Made by a program: the position numbers and the translations under genes. A stretch of 64,000 bases of DNA from Gammaproteobacteria bacterium (GTDB taxonomy: Bacteria > Pseudomonadota > Gammaproteobacteria > Tenderiales > Tenderiaceae), in assembly GCA_016200485.1 (NCBI GenBank), contig JACQEP010000007.1, forward strand, positions 48,653-112,652. Direction: 5' to 3'. The notes beneath the pieces were generated by a model. It was not told the DNA's origin. It saw nothing but the letters and a program-made list of their open reading frames with translations, and searched no databases. Below are positions 15,743 to 26,145 of this stretch, in pieces (the stretch's first letter is position 1; each line of letters begins with the position of its first letter).

Positions 15743-17314
15743 TTATGCCTGTAAGCGCGCCACCAGTTGACGCAACTCCTTTGCCTGCTGGTTGAGATGG
15801 CCGCTTATTTCGGCGGTGGACTGAGCATTATCCCTGCTGTTGCTGGCACCTGAGCTGATGGCAGTGATACTTCGATTGATTTCTTCGGCTACCGCGGTTT
15901 GCTCCTCGGTGGCTGTGGCAATCTGGGTGTTTATATCGGTGATGGAAGCGATGGCATTGTCGATGGCATCCAGCGCTTCGTTGGACTTATGTGACTGATT
16001 GATTGTGCTGTCACTCTCGTTCTTTGCACGTTCCATTTCCTTGGCGGCTGCATTGGTGCCGGATTGCAGGCGTTCGATCAGGCCGCGTATTTCCTGGGTT
16101 GCTTTTTGTGTGCGCATGGCCAGAGTTCTGACTTCATCGGCGACGACGGCAAAACCCCTGCCCTGTTCGCCGGCGCGTGCAGCCTCAATGGCGGCATTTA
16201 GGGCAAGCAGGTTGGTCTGTTCGGCGATTTCCTGAATCAACTGTACGACGGCATTGATATTGCGACTTTCATTTTCCAGAGCTTTGATAGTTTCTGCGAC
16301 GCGCCCAACTTCAGCAACAAAGCGCACCATGGATTCCATGTTGTTCTGGATCAGTCGTTTACTCGTCCCTACTTCCTGGCGGGTTTCGCTGGCTGAGCGC
16401 GCGCCGTGATTGGCATTCCGAGCGACCTCTTGAAAGCTGGCTACCATTTCATTCATGGCGGTGGCGAGTTGCTCAAGCTCGGCCTGTAGAGTTTGTGCGC
16501 CTTGATTTGCATTTTCTGAATTGGCGGCAACGTTCTGAGCGGAAGATACAATTGTATTTGATACATCGGCGACACGCCCCATCGAAGATCTGATTTGTGC
16601 CCTGAGTATCTGCAAGGCAACCCGAAGTTGACCGATCTCATCATTCCTGCCGGTATACATGAACTGGGTAAGCGGATTGTCGATAATAGATTTGGTTTCG
16701 GCAACGAAGGTGCTTAACGGACTGAGACACCACTTCACCATCCCATAAGCAAGTGCCGAGACGATGGCTGCGGTAATGAATGTCGATGTCCAGCTAATGA
16801 CATCAAAAAATTTTGCTGACCACAGCATGGCGACAAACAAAAACATAAAACCAGTATAAACACGGCTCACTAGGCCGAAACTAGAACTCCACGAGGTAAA
16901 CGCTTTGCCAGAATTGATCGCTTTATACATAGTATCGGCACGTTCAACCAAGTCACGGTTTGGTTTGACGCGTACCGACTCATAACCGATGACATCTTTG
17001 CCCTCGATGATGGGGCTGACGTAGGCATCGACCCAATAGAAATCGCCATTTTTACAGCGATTTTTGACAATCCCCATCCATGCTTTGCCGGACTTAAGTG
17101 AGTTCCATAAATCGGCAAAAGCAGCGGGGGGTACGTCAGGATGCCGCACCATGTTGTGATTTTTGCCGATGATTTCATCAAGGCTAAAGCCGGCCACATC
17201 ACAAAAATCTTTGTTTGCGCTGGTGAGGGCGCCCTTCTTGTCGGTAGTGGAAACGATCTGGATGCTGGCATCGTAACTGCGTTCATTATTGGTAACAGGT
17301 AGATTAGACTTCAC
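15743..17314 (-). CDS. Methyl-accepting chemotaxis protein with an N-terminal PAS domain (Aer-like aerotaxis receptor).
   Basis: PAS region ([39 protein letters not shown]). Two TM segments. MCP signalling-domain hallmarks ([32 protein letters not shown]). Confidence 0.88.
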   Translation of the reverse strand: MKSNLPVTNNERSYDASIQIVSTTDKKGALTSANKDFCDVAGFSLDEIIGKNHNMVRHPDVPPAAFADLWNSLKSGKAWMGIVKNRCKNGDFYWVDAYVSPIIEGKDVIGYESVRVKPNRDLVERADTMYKAINSGKAFTSWSSSFGLVSRVYTGFMFLFVAMLWSAKFFDVISWTSTFITAAIVSALAYGMVKWCLSPLSTFVAETKSIIDNPLTQFMYTGRNDEIGQLRVALQILRAQIRSSMGRVADVSNTIVSSAQNVAANSENANQGAQTLQAELEQLATAMNEMVASFQEVARNANHGARSASETRQEVGTSKRLIQNNMESMVRFVAEVGRVAETIKALENESRNINAVVQLIQEIAEQTNLLALNAAIEAARAGEQGRGFAVVADEVRTLAMRTQKATQEIRGLIERLQSGTNAAAKEMERAKNESDSTINQSHKSNEALDAIDNAIASITDINTQIATATEEQTAVAEEINRSITAISSGASNSRDNAQSTAEISGHLNQQAKELRQLVARLQA

Positions 17315-17529
17315 AAATACCTCGTATCGCTGAATGTAATAGTTATAATTAAATGCTAAAGCGCAATCATGTATCGGTAATGGTGCATATAACTTTACCC
17401 TGATAAGTCTATTTAAAAGGGAGGCTTTCTATATGATTTCTAAAATAATTTTGAGCGCACTTATGACTACGCTTGGTTTTAAGTGTAAATTCATATTAGA
17501 ATTTATAACGTTAATTTCGCCGGTGTTTC

Positions 17530-18099
17530 ATGCGCATAATTCACGGAACTGAAATAAAGAACCATATCGAAACACTCGGCAGATTCCGCATCGAAATTTT
17601 CAGGGAGTACCCATATCTCTATGAAGGAAGTCTGGAATATGAACGAAAGTATTTGAGCCGTTATTCCAGAAATCCAAACAGTATTCTGGTTATGATTCCT
17701 GATGAGAAAGGGTTGGTCGGTGCTTGCACTGGCGTGCCCTTGCTGGAGGAGAGCCAGGAATTCAAGGCGCTATTTGCCGGGGAATCGCTTCACGAAATCT
17801 ACTACATCGGTGAAGTGATGGTGCGGGCAAATGCTCGTGGCAAGGGCATCGGCACAAAACTGCTGGCAACGGCTTTGTCGGCGATTGATCCTGAAAAGTA
17901 TAAAACGATATGCCTCGCCGCAGTGGATCGCGGCAACAATCATCCTTCGTGCCCTAAGCAATATGCCGCGCCCGATTCATTGTGGCGTAAATTCGGCTTT
18001 GAGAAACATGAACATCTTGTGGTGACGTTTACGTGGAAGGATGTCGGCGACGTGGTGGAAACCGAGAAGCCGATGCAGGTATGGGTTAAAAAATTTTGA
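17530..18099 (+). CDS. GNAT-family N-acetyltransferase.
   Basis: Acetyl-CoA binding motif (RGKGIGTKLLATAL). Confidence 0.75.
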   Translation: MRIIHGTEIKNHIETLGRFRIEIFREYPYLYEGSLEYERKYLSRYSRNPNSILVMIPDEKGLVGACTGVPLLEESQEFKALFAGESLHEIYYIGEVMVRANARGKGIGTKLLATALSAIDPEKYKTICLAAVDRGNNHPSCPKQYAAPDSLWRKFGFEKHEHLVVTFTWKDVGDVVETEKPMQVWVKKF

Positions 18100-18121
18100 A
18101 ATGGGAATACTTTTAACTCGG

Positions 18122-20668
18122 TCAGCGAGTAAATGCCTTGCCATGCTGGCAATAAAACCAGCGCTTAACAACTTCGACGGCTATCAGATAACACACTACC
18201 ATGGCAATAAGGAAGGCAAAAAACTCGAGTGGTAGCGGTACAAAACCAAACCAATGGCCGAGCGGTAAATAGGGGAGTATGATTGCGCACGCGATAACAG
18301 CGAGCGATGCGAGAATCAGGAGTCGGCTGGGTTGGCTCTGCAATGGGTTGTGGCGGGTACGGATGATGAAGATCACCAGCACCTGTGAGGCGATGGATTC
18401 GATAAACCATCCGGTACGAAATAGTGCTTCGCCTGCGCTGAATACGCTGAGCATAATGTAGAACGTTAGGAAGTCGAATACGGAACTCACTGGGCCGATG
18501 GTGAGCATGAAGTTGCGGATGAAATTCATGTTCCATTGCCGCGGCGTGGCAAGATAGTCGTCATCGACCTTATCCATGGGAATCGCCACTTCCGAGAGAT
18601 CATACATAAGATTATTGAGCAGAATTTGCACTGGCAACATGGGCAGGAATGGTAGTAGCACGGTAGCGCCGGCCATGCTGAACATGTTACCGAAACTGGA
18701 GCTGGTGCCCATCATGATGTATTTCATGATGTTGCCGAAAGTGCGGCGGCCTTCGCGTACGCCGTCGTGCAATACCTGGAGATCGGATTTGAGCATGATC
18801 ATGTCGGCGGCGTCTTTGGCCACATCCACTGCGCTGTCAACTGAGATGCCGATGTCGGCGGATTTCAGTGCCGGCGCGTCATTGATGCCGTCGCCGAGGT
18901 AGCCCACGACATGGCGGCGCGCCTGTAATGCCTGAATGATCCGATTTTTCTGCGCCGGGTTGACACGGCAGAAGAGATTCACATTATCCAATTTTGCCCA
19001 CAGTGCCTCATCGTTTAGCAGCTGTAGGTCGTTTCCGGTAAGTACGCCCGTGATCTCTACACCTAGCTGAGTGCAAATATGGCGCGTGACCAGTTCATTG
19101 TCACCGGTAACGATCTTGACTGCGATGCCGCTGGCCGTCAGTGCTTGTAATGCTGGCCCGGCGCTGGCTTTGGGTGGATCGAGAAAGGCGGCGAAGCCAG
19201 CAAACACCAGTTCAGTTTCGTCATCTACCACGGCATGCGGATGGTCAGCCGCTACCTTGCGCCACGCAATCCCAAGCACGCGAAAGCCTTCGCGGGCGAG
19301 GTCGTCGTTGAGGGTTTGTACGCGGGTGAGCGCGTCGCCATCAAGCGGGCGTAGATCTTCGGCGGAGTCGCCTTCGTAGTGTGTCGACAACCGCAGAATA
19401 TCTTCTGGTGCTCCTTTGACCACTAACAGTCGTTGCCCATCACTCTCTACAAGCACAGAGATCCTGCGCCGCTCAAAATCGAATTGAACTTCATCGATCT
19501 TATGCCACGCACTGATATCGATTTCCTGATGCGCGAGAATGGCATCATCCAGCGGACTGCGCAGGCCCGATTCGAAAAAACTGTTCAGATAGGCGAGCTG
19601 CAGCACACGCTCACTTTCAACACCGGAAGGATTGACATGGCGTTCGAGACGGATGCGCGCCTCTGTCAGCGTGCCGGTCTTGTCGGTACACAACACGTCC
19701 ATGCTGCCCAGATCTTGAATGGAGGACAGGCGTTTGACGATGACCTGCTGTCGTGACATGCGTATCGCGCCTCGCGACAGCGTGACCGAGACCACCATCG
19801 GCAAAAGTTCTGGCGTCAGCCCGACGGCGAGTGCGACAGCGAACAAGAAAGTCTCCAGCCAGGGGCGATGAAACAGCGAGTTGACCAGTAGCACGAACAA
19901 CACCAGCAAGATAGTCAAACGCATAATGAGCAAGCCGAATTGCCGAGTGCCGCGTTCAAATGAGGTCGGTGTACCGTTGGTAGTGAGACTGTCGGCAATT
20001 TCCCCCAGGGCGGTGGCCGGGCCCGTTCGGCAAACCAGTACTCGCGCATTGCCACTGATGACCGAGGTGCCCATGAATACGGCGTGAGTGGCTGAACTCA
20101 TATCACTCGCCGGTACAACGCCAGTGCGCTTTTCCACAGGATAAGGTTCGCCAGTCAACAACGCTTGATTGATGAAAAAATCTTTGGCCTCCAGCACTAC
20201 GCAGTCGGCAGGCACTAGATCGCCGGCGACCAGCGCCACGACATCTCCTGGCACAATTTTGGCAACGGGAGTTTCTTGAGGTTTTCCGTCGCGCAACACG
20301 CTTGCATGCACGGCGACGGATGCCTTTAAACCTTCAGCCGCCTTGCCCGCGCGGTGCTCCTGGATAAAATCGAGCGTTACACTCATCAACACCATAAAGG
20401 TGATGATAAAAAAGCTGGTTTGGTCGCCAGTCACCGCCGAAACGGCGCTGGCGGCCAACAGTAACAATACCAGCGGATTGCGAAAGCGTGATAGAAACTG
20501 AAGAATCAGCGCTCGCTCATGATGCAGACTGGGTGTGTTGGGGCCATATTGCGCAAAGCGCATATCAGCCTGCGCTGTCGTTAGGCCCGCGGGGGAAGCG
20601 TCAAGCGAGCGATATAATTCGCTGATTGATGCTTGCCAAAATGCAGAGGTTGAAGTGGGTTGTGTCAT
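18122..20668 (-). CDS. mgtA: Magnesium-translocating P-type ATPase.
   Basis: 848 aa. Phosphorylation motif CTDKTGTLT. GDGINDAPALKSADIGISV hinge. MgtA-type N-terminus and 10 TM layout. Confidence 0.88.
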   Translation of the reverse strand: MTQPTSTSAFWQASISELYRSLDASPAGLTTAQADMRFAQYGPNTPSLHHERALILQFLSRFRNPLVLLLLAASAVSAVTGDQTSFFIITFMVLMSVTLDFIQEHRAGKAAEGLKASVAVHASVLRDGKPQETPVAKIVPGDVVALVAGDLVPADCVVLEAKDFFINQALLTGEPYPVEKRTGVVPASDMSSATHAVFMGTSVISGNARVLVCRTGPATALGEIADSLTTNGTPTSFERGTRQFGLLIMRLTILLVLFVLLVNSLFHRPWLETFLFAVALAVGLTPELLPMVVSVTLSRGAIRMSRQQVIVKRLSSIQDLGSMDVLCTDKTGTLTEARIRLERHVNPSGVESERVLQLAYLNSFFESGLRSPLDDAILAHQEIDISAWHKIDEVQFDFERRRISVLVESDGQRLLVVKGAPEDILRLSTHYEGDSAEDLRPLDGDALTRVQTLNDDLAREGFRVLGIAWRKVAADHPHAVVDDETELVFAGFAAFLDPPKASAGPALQALTASGIAVKIVTGDNELVTRHICTQLGVEITGVLTGNDLQLLNDEALWAKLDNVNLFCRVNPAQKNRIIQALQARRHVVGYLGDGINDAPALKSADIGISVDSAVDVAKDAADMIMLKSDLQVLHDGVREGRRTFGNIMKYIMMGTSSSFGNMFSMAGATVLLPFLPMLPVQILLNNLMYDLSEVAIPMDKVDDDYLATPRQWNMNFIRNFMLTIGPVSSVFDFLTFYIMLSVFSAGEALFRTGWFIESIASQVLVIFIIRTRHNPLQSQPSRLLILASLAVIACAIILPYLPLGHWFGFVPLPLEFFAFLIAMVVCYLIAVEVVKRWFYCQHGKAFTR

Positions 20669-20882
20669 GTGGGCAATCGAATATTTAGGAATTACGTTAC
20701 CCTTTTGTTAAATCACTCTCCAAAGTCTAGCCCCATCATTTCACGATCTATAGAACTATCTTAATCGCAAATGCAATGAGTATCGAGCGAATACTAAATA
20801 TACGAATAAAACTTGATTAACCCCCTGCAGCCATCTAGATATTGTTATCCCCGCTCCGTGAATGACGAAAAGGAAATCCACT

Positions 20883-22193
20883 ATGAGACTCATGCAAACT
20901 TTCTACTGGGATTGCCCTCAGGCTGAGAATAAAGCTAGCGAGTGGTGGCAGTATGTGCAAACCAAGATCGCTGATCTGGCTCAGATTGGCATTACAGGGC
21001 TGTGGTTGCCGCCGTCGGCTAAATCAAGCCATATCGATAGCATGGGATATGCGCCTTATGACTATTATGATCACGGCGAGTTTGATCAAAAGGGGGGTGT
21101 CAAAACCTGGTTCGGCTCCAAAGATGAACTTCGCGCACTTATTCAAGCAGCGCACGACGAGGGAATGTCGGTGATTGCCGATGCAGTGCTTAATCACTGT
21201 GATGTTGGTGATGCAAAAGAGCTGAATCCGATCACTGGCAAGGAGATGAAGACAAAATTTTCTCCCAAGTCGGGAAAGTTTGCGCGTGACTTTAGTAATT
21301 TTCATCCCTGCGAGTATTCGTCACGCGACGCGGGTTCTTTTTATGGTGATCTGGAAGGATATGATCTGCCGGATCTTTGTCACGATAATCCTTATACCTA
21401 TCTTGGTGTGATGGAGTACATCCGCTTCCTGCACGATAGACAAACCGGAATTGGTTATGATGGCTTTCGTTATGATGCTGTTAAATATTACGATTCCTGG
21501 ATTGTGCAGAGTATTCAGGAATGGCAAAAATGTTTCGGTGTGGTTGAGTATTGGGATGGTGACAAAGGTGCGGTGAAAGCGTATCTCGATTATGTCAACT
21601 GGTCTTGTTCTGCTTTTGATTTTCCACTGTTTTATGCGTTGCGTGAAATGTGCAACAACCAATCTTATGACATGCGCGGCCTATGGGGCAGTGGTCTGAT
21701 ATTCGATGTGCCGCTGAATGCCGTTACCTTTTGTGATAACCATGATACTGATCGCAGTCAGCCGATAGTTAGCGATAAATTACTCGCCTACGCCTTTATC
21801 CTGACGCATGAGGGTGTGCCCTGTATTTTCTGGAAAGATTACTACAACTATGGATTGGCATTGCCCGGCAGCGCTAACGGCATCGATAAGCTTAGCCAGA
21901 TTCATCGTGACTATGCGGGTGGTGGCACAACGCTGCTTTATTGTGATGATCATCTCTATATCGCACAGCGGCACGGTTATCAGGGGCAGAAAGGGCTGAT
22001 TGTGGTGATCAATACCGATGCAAATGCATGGCGCGGAACCTGGGTGCAGACACAGTGGTCCAATAATCAACTCGATTGTGCCGCGTGGTGGGGCCATGAT
22101 CAGAGTAAACCCCTTGATCAGCGCGCAGATGGTGGTGGCTGGACGCAGTTATATGCGGCACCAAGGGGTTATGCGATCTATGTGCCTGCATGA
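20883..22193 (+). CDS. Cytoplasmic alpha-amylase (GH13), no signal peptide.
   Basis: GH13 regions DAVLNHC, GFRYDAVKYY, EYWD and FCDNHDT. Start chosen at MRLMQTFYWD after the AAGGAAA RBS (the ORF track starts at 20862). Confidence 0.85.
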   Translation: MRLMQTFYWDCPQAENKASEWWQYVQTKIADLAQIGITGLWLPPSAKSSHIDSMGYAPYDYYDHGEFDQKGGVKTWFGSKDELRALIQAAHDEGMSVIADAVLNHCDVGDAKELNPITGKEMKTKFSPKSGKFARDFSNFHPCEYSSRDAGSFYGDLEGYDLPDLCHDNPYTYLGVMEYIRFLHDRQTGIGYDGFRYDAVKYYDSWIVQSIQEWQKCFGVVEYWDGDKGAVKAYLDYVNWSCSAFDFPLFYALREMCNNQSYDMRGLWGSGLIFDVPLNAVTFCDNHDTDRSQPIVSDKLLAYAFILTHEGVPCIFWKDYYNYGLALPGSANGIDKLSQIHRDYAGGGTTLLYCDDHLYIAQRHGYQGQKGLIVVINTDANAWRGTWVQTQWSNNQLDCAAWWGHDQSKPLDQRADGGGWTQLYAAPRGYAIYVPA

Positions 22194-22268
22194 TTAAAAT
22201 CATGCTTATGAAGTAGAAGTAGCGGTAGTCTAAAATAAAAATGACACCCTCATTGTAAGAGGTGACGT

Positions 22269-22817
22269 ATGCAATGGAAGCGCTGGGTGTGTTTTTTGCT
22301 AATCGCCGGTCTGCTAGGGGCTTGCGCCAGTAATGTCCCGAATGAAATCCGGCAGGCGCCAACAGGTAGTCCGTCGGAGTCGGCCGTGCGTGAGCAATTG
22401 CAGCAATACGTGGGCAGCCGGGTGCGATGGGGTGGCACGATTGTCGGTGTTGAAAATCGTGCTAATGAGAGTTGGATCGAAATCGTTTCTCGTCCTCTGC
22501 AATCCAATGGCCGGCCTGATGAAGAGCTAGCAGGCAGTGGGCGTTTTCTCGCGCGATATGCCGGTTTTCTGGACCCCGTTGTTCTTGCCGCAGGCCAAGC
22601 GGTCACTGTTACAGGTATTGTTGAAGGTGATGAAGAACGAGCGATTGGTGAATATCGCTATAAATTTCCAATCGTGAAGATTGAGGCCTATTATCTGTGG
22701 CCACCTGAACCCTTGCCTGTATACCCGCCGCCCTATTGGTATGACCCCTATTGGCGTGATCCCTGGTGGTACGACCCGTGGTGGCCCTACCCCCATCAAC
22801 GTCATCCGTTAAGATGA
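22269..22817 (+). CDS. Slp-family outer-membrane lipoprotein with a Trp/Tyr/Pro-rich C-terminal tail.
   Basis: Lipobox LLGAC. Slp core (VGSRVRWGGTIVGVEN...). Tail YWYDPYWRDPWWYDPWWPYP. Confidence 0.75.
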   Translation: MQWKRWVCFLLIAGLLGACASNVPNEIRQAPTGSPSESAVREQLQQYVGSRVRWGGTIVGVENRANESWIEIVSRPLQSNGRPDEELAGSGRFLARYAGFLDPVVLAAGQAVTVTGIVEGDEERAIGEYRYKFPIVKIEAYYLWPPEPLPVYPPPYWYDPYWRDPWWYDPWWPYPHQRHPLR

Positions 22818-22827
22818 GAGGATTGTC

Positions 22828-23334
22828 ATGTCGGCGTTGTTATCGAGACTGATTTCCAGGTGGGCTGCAATAGCATTGCTCATCATTTTGACTGGTTGTG
22901 CTGCCGGGCCAAAGTTTGAAACGCAGGGCGTTGATCCGGCGATTACTCCACAATATGCTGCTGCTCATATCGATACCGTTCGTGATCATAATGTGATCTG
23001 GGGCGGAATTATCCTGAGCTGCATCAATCTTAAGGATCGCACTGAAATCGAAGTGTTGAGTTATCCGCTAGATTCAGCGCAGCGCCCCGATGTTAATGCC
23101 CAGGCGAACGGGCGCTTCCTCATCATCAAGGAGGAATATCTAGAAGCGGCAGACTATGCTCCGGGAAGAATCATCAGTGTCAGCGGTGCTTTACAAAATA
23201 CGCGTGTTGGCCAAGTCGGCGAAATATCGTACACGTACCCTGTGATTCAGCCGCAAGCCATTTATCTATGGCGACGAGACGGCTTGCCAGCGTCAAGTGT
23301 TCATTTTGGGATTGGGGTGAGTATCAGCCGATAA
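22828..23334 (+). CDS. Slp-family outer-membrane lipoprotein (tandem paralogue).
   Basis: Lipobox ILTGCAA. DHNVIWGGIILSCIN Slp core. Confidence 0.75.
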   Translation: MSALLSRLISRWAAIALLIILTGCAAGPKFETQGVDPAITPQYAAAHIDTVRDHNVIWGGIILSCINLKDRTEIEVLSYPLDSAQRPDVNAQANGRFLIIKEEYLEAADYAPGRIISVSGALQNTRVGQVGEISYTYPVIQPQAIYLWRRDGLPASSVHFGIGVSISR

Positions 23335-23547
23335 CGCGGCTGAATGGAATTGTAAAGCTCCCCGGATTAGTTGCACGCCTATTTGAAGCCGTATACCTTA
23401 ACCCATTTTTCCGTCAGTAACCGGACCTCGGAGGGCATTCTTTCTGGCGAAATCGGTGATCGAGAAGCCAATGGATCGGCATTTTTGTGTTGATAGTAAC
23501 AGTCGTTTTGCCGAAGCGTGAGCGGGAGCCTGTGGCCAGGTGTATAA

Positions 23548-24234
23548 CTAAAAGCTTAACTCTAGCGCTTTGCAAAGAAAACACATGTAAGGTGTGGCCT
23601 GTTCGAAATGTTCGGTCACAGTGGAGTTGAAATTATCAGACGTGACACTCTTTCCGCCGATTTTAGCGATGGCGATGAAATCCTTGCGTTTCAGATCTTC
23701 GATCAGGGGGTGATCTTTGGCATAGCCGCGCGGCGGGTTGGCAAGAACCTCGCCGTCGAGAGTAAAATATTTTCTGAAGGTTTTGTCATCGCGCGCCGTC
23801 AGCCAGGCGTTGCTCTTTGCGATGATGGAGCCTCTGATCTTGCCGAGAGCAGCAGCATCCGGCCGCCAGACACCCACGCCGATGAAACAGCCGCCAGGCT
23901 CAATATGAACATAGTAGCCGGGAGCGTGAACATCTTTGCCCACTTCATGACGAAACTGAATGCCGATGTTGGTTTTGTAAGGGCGTTTGTCTTTGCCAAA
24001 ACGAGTATCACGATGAATCCGCATCAACGAGCCCCCCACTTTTCTGGGTAGCGCCAGAAAGCAGGGGGAGATCATCGCCAGTTCAGTGGCCAGATCGGTA
24101 ATGAACGCCAGTGCAGGTGTACGAACCGCTGCCTCATACGCTTGCTTGTTTTGTTCGAACCACTCGCGGTTGTTGTTGGCCGCCAGGGCGGAAAGAAAAG
24201 CGAACGTTTCATGTGTGAAGTAACGGCTTGTCAT
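23548..24234 (-). CDS. DUF2461/TIGR02453-family protein.
   Basis: N-terminus FTHETFAFLSALAANNNREWFEQNKQAYE and RIHRDTRFGKDKRPYKT are characteristic. Confidence 0.7.
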   Translation of the reverse strand: MTSRYFTHETFAFLSALAANNNREWFEQNKQAYEAAVRTPALAFITDLATELAMISPCFLALPRKVGGSLMRIHRDTRFGKDKRPYKTNIGIQFRHEVGKDVHAPGYYVHIEPGGCFIGVGVWRPDAAALGKIRGSIIAKSNAWLTARDDKTFRKYFTLDGEVLANPPRGYAKDHPLIEDLKRKDFIAIAKIGGKSVTSDNFNSTVTEHFEQATPYMCFLCKALELSF

Positions 24235-24239
24235 TGTAA

Positions 24240-24638
24240 CTACATTGTCTCAAGCGAGGTATAAGTGATCAGCGACAACACTGCTCCTTGCGGGTCCTGA
24301 ATTACCATAAAACGGCCCAGCCCCGGAATCTCCATCGGTGGAGCACAGATCTTGCCGCCCAGTTTTTCCACTCGTGGGATCAGCGCATCCACATTATCTA
24401 CCGTGACATAGGCGCCCCAGGCCGGCGGCATGCCCTTGGCCTGGGTCGGGATGGCCATGATGCCGCCGACTTGTGTTTCGCCAGCCTTGGCAATGGTGTA
24501 ATCCATGCCGTTCGACTTGATGTCTTCGAGGGTCCAGCCCAACAGTTCACCATAAAACGCCTTGGCGCGTGTCACGTCCGTGGTCAACAGTTCGTTCCAG
24601 CTGAATGCACCGTGTTGTTTCATTGCTTCTTTACTCAT
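24240..24638 (-). CDS. VOC-family (glyoxalase/bleomycin-resistance fold) protein.
   Basis: FSWNELLTTDVTRAKAFYGELLGWTLED...RFMVIQDPQGAVLSL. Start chosen at MSKEAM. Confidence 0.7.
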   Translation of the reverse strand: MSKEAMKQHGAFSWNELLTTDVTRAKAFYGELLGWTLEDIKSNGMDYTIAKAGETQVGGIMAIPTQAKGMPPAWGAYVTVDNVDALIPRVEKLGGKICAPPMEIPGLGRFMVIQDPQGAVLSLITYTSLETM

Positions 24639-24788
24639 CGTGGTCTCCTTCTGCGATATTGTTAGGACAAACATAGGACTCGTAAGGGATTCCTGGCAGC
24701 GTTATGTCAGGAAGGTTTGTGTGGACGGCGATTTTGGCGAGTCCATGCTCAAAACATGGAACGATTGATTTTTGAAGCGCCCTTAAAG

Positions 24789-25283
24789 TTATAGCACGAT
24801 TGGCTGATCTGGCAATTCATTTACGTTGCCGCCGCCCGTTGGGAAGTGGCGGCTCAGTAATTCGCTAATTGCGCGGATGCCATGGAGTACGCCCGCTTCA
24901 AAATGTTGTTGGCGGAATTCCCGTTCCATTTGTTGGCAGATCGTTTCCCAGGCTGCATTGCCAACGCGGTGATGGATACCGCGGTCGGCGATAATTTCCA
25001 CGTCACGGTCGGCGAGCAGTAAATAGATCAGCACGCCGCTGTTGTGCTCGGTATCCCAGATCCGCAATTGTGAGAAAAGTTCGATGGCACGGTCACGGGC
25101 GGTGATGCCGCGAAGTAGCTCGGAAAGGCTCAAATCCGCTTCCACCACAAAACGGATCTCGCCAAAGTGATGCGTTTCGCTGTCACGGATAGCCTTTTCT
25201 ATGTTGCGCATAACTGCCCGTGGAAACGCGCGGCGGTACCACCAGGCAGGCGTTAACAAGTGTTTAAATATCCGGCTTACCAT
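24789..25283 (-). CDS. TPM-domain protein (second TPM gene of a LemA-TPM-TPM operon).
   Basis: VLIYLLLADRDVEIIADRGIH TPM pattern. Start at MVSRIF overlaps the upstream TPM gene by 7 nt. The ORF-track N-terminal extension is the alternate frame of the Gly repeats. Confidence 0.7.
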   Translation of the reverse strand: MVSRIFKHLLTPAWWYRRAFPRAVMRNIEKAIRDSETHHFGEIRFVVEADLSLSELLRGITARDRAIELFSQLRIWDTEHNSGVLIYLLLADRDVEIIADRGIHHRVGNAAWETICQQMEREFRQQHFEAGVLHGIRAISELLSRHFPTGGGNVNELPDQPIVL

Positions 25284-26128
25284 CGTCCTGATGCCCCGCC
25301 ACCACCAAAGCCGCCACCGCCGCCACGGAATGTTCCACCGCCAAAACCACCGCCGCCGCCATTGATGCCGCCGTAACGTGAGCCTCGTCCACCGCCGCCG
25401 AAAAGCGTAATGATGAAGGCGAAGATGGCGGCGAGCAGCGTAAACGTCATTGAGCCAAACAACCACCACACCGCAATGCCGATTACGGTACTGACCACTG
25501 AGGCGCCGAGCAGTTGGCCGAAAATCGCGCGCAGGAATCCACCCAGCGCAATCACGGCGAAGAACAATAAGGGCAAGCTATTTCCCCCGGACCATTCACT
25601 GTCCTGTTGGCTTGGAGCAGGTAATGGCTCGCCATCAATCAAGCGCGACAAACGATCCACGCCTGCTACCAGTCCGCCGTAATAGTCACCCTGGCGAAAA
25701 TACGGCACCATAATTTCGCTAATAATACGCTTGGCGATGGCATCGGGGACCACGCCTTCGAGGCCGTAGCCTACTTCCAGTCGCAGCGTGTGATCTTGCA
25801 ACGCAGCGAGAATCAACAAGCCGTCATCGACGCCCTTGCGACCAAGTTTCCAGTTTTCGGCTACGCGTAGCGCGTATTGTTCGATGGTCTCAGGCTCTGT
25901 GCTGGGCACCAGCAGAATCGCGATCTGACTGCCTTTTCGGTTTTCAAGACTGCGCAGTTCTTCTTCAAGCTGCGTGCGTTGTTGCGCGGTGAGTGTGCCG
26001 GTGAGGTCGGTGATGCGTGCTTCAAGTGGCGGTACGGCGAGTTCTGCCTGAGCGAAGGTGCTCGCTAGTAACGCCAGACACAACAACACCCAGCGCCAGG
26101 GCGATATCACCGTCTGAAAATAGTTCAT
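25277..26128 (-). CDS. TPM-domain (YgcG-like) membrane protein with a Gly-rich C-terminal tail.
   Basis: Signal peptide. TPM domain (GSQIAILLVPSTEPETIEQYALRVAENWKLG). TM segments. GGGGFGGG tail. Confidence 0.75.
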   Translation of the reverse strand: MNYFQTVISPWRWVLLCLALLASTFAQAELAVPPLEARITDLTGTLTAQQRTQLEEELRSLENRKGSQIAILLVPSTEPETIEQYALRVAENWKLGRKGVDDGLLILAALQDHTLRLEVGYGLEGVVPDAIAKRIISEIMVPYFRQGDYYGGLVAGVDRLSRLIDGEPLPAPSQQDSEWSGGNSLPLLFFAVIALGGFLRAIFGQLLGASVVSTVIGIAVWWLFGSMTFTLLAAIFAFIITLFGGGGRGSRYGGINGGGGGFGGGTFRGGGGGFGGGGASGRW

Positions 26129-26145
26129 GCCGGCAAGAGGCTGGG

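Noticed and set aside
24789-25469. ORF-track start at 25469 for the second TPM gene (Arg/Trp-rich N-terminal extension)
   Set aside because: The extension is the alternate reading frame of the upstream gene's GGGGF repeat. The real start is the MVSRIF methionine at 25283.
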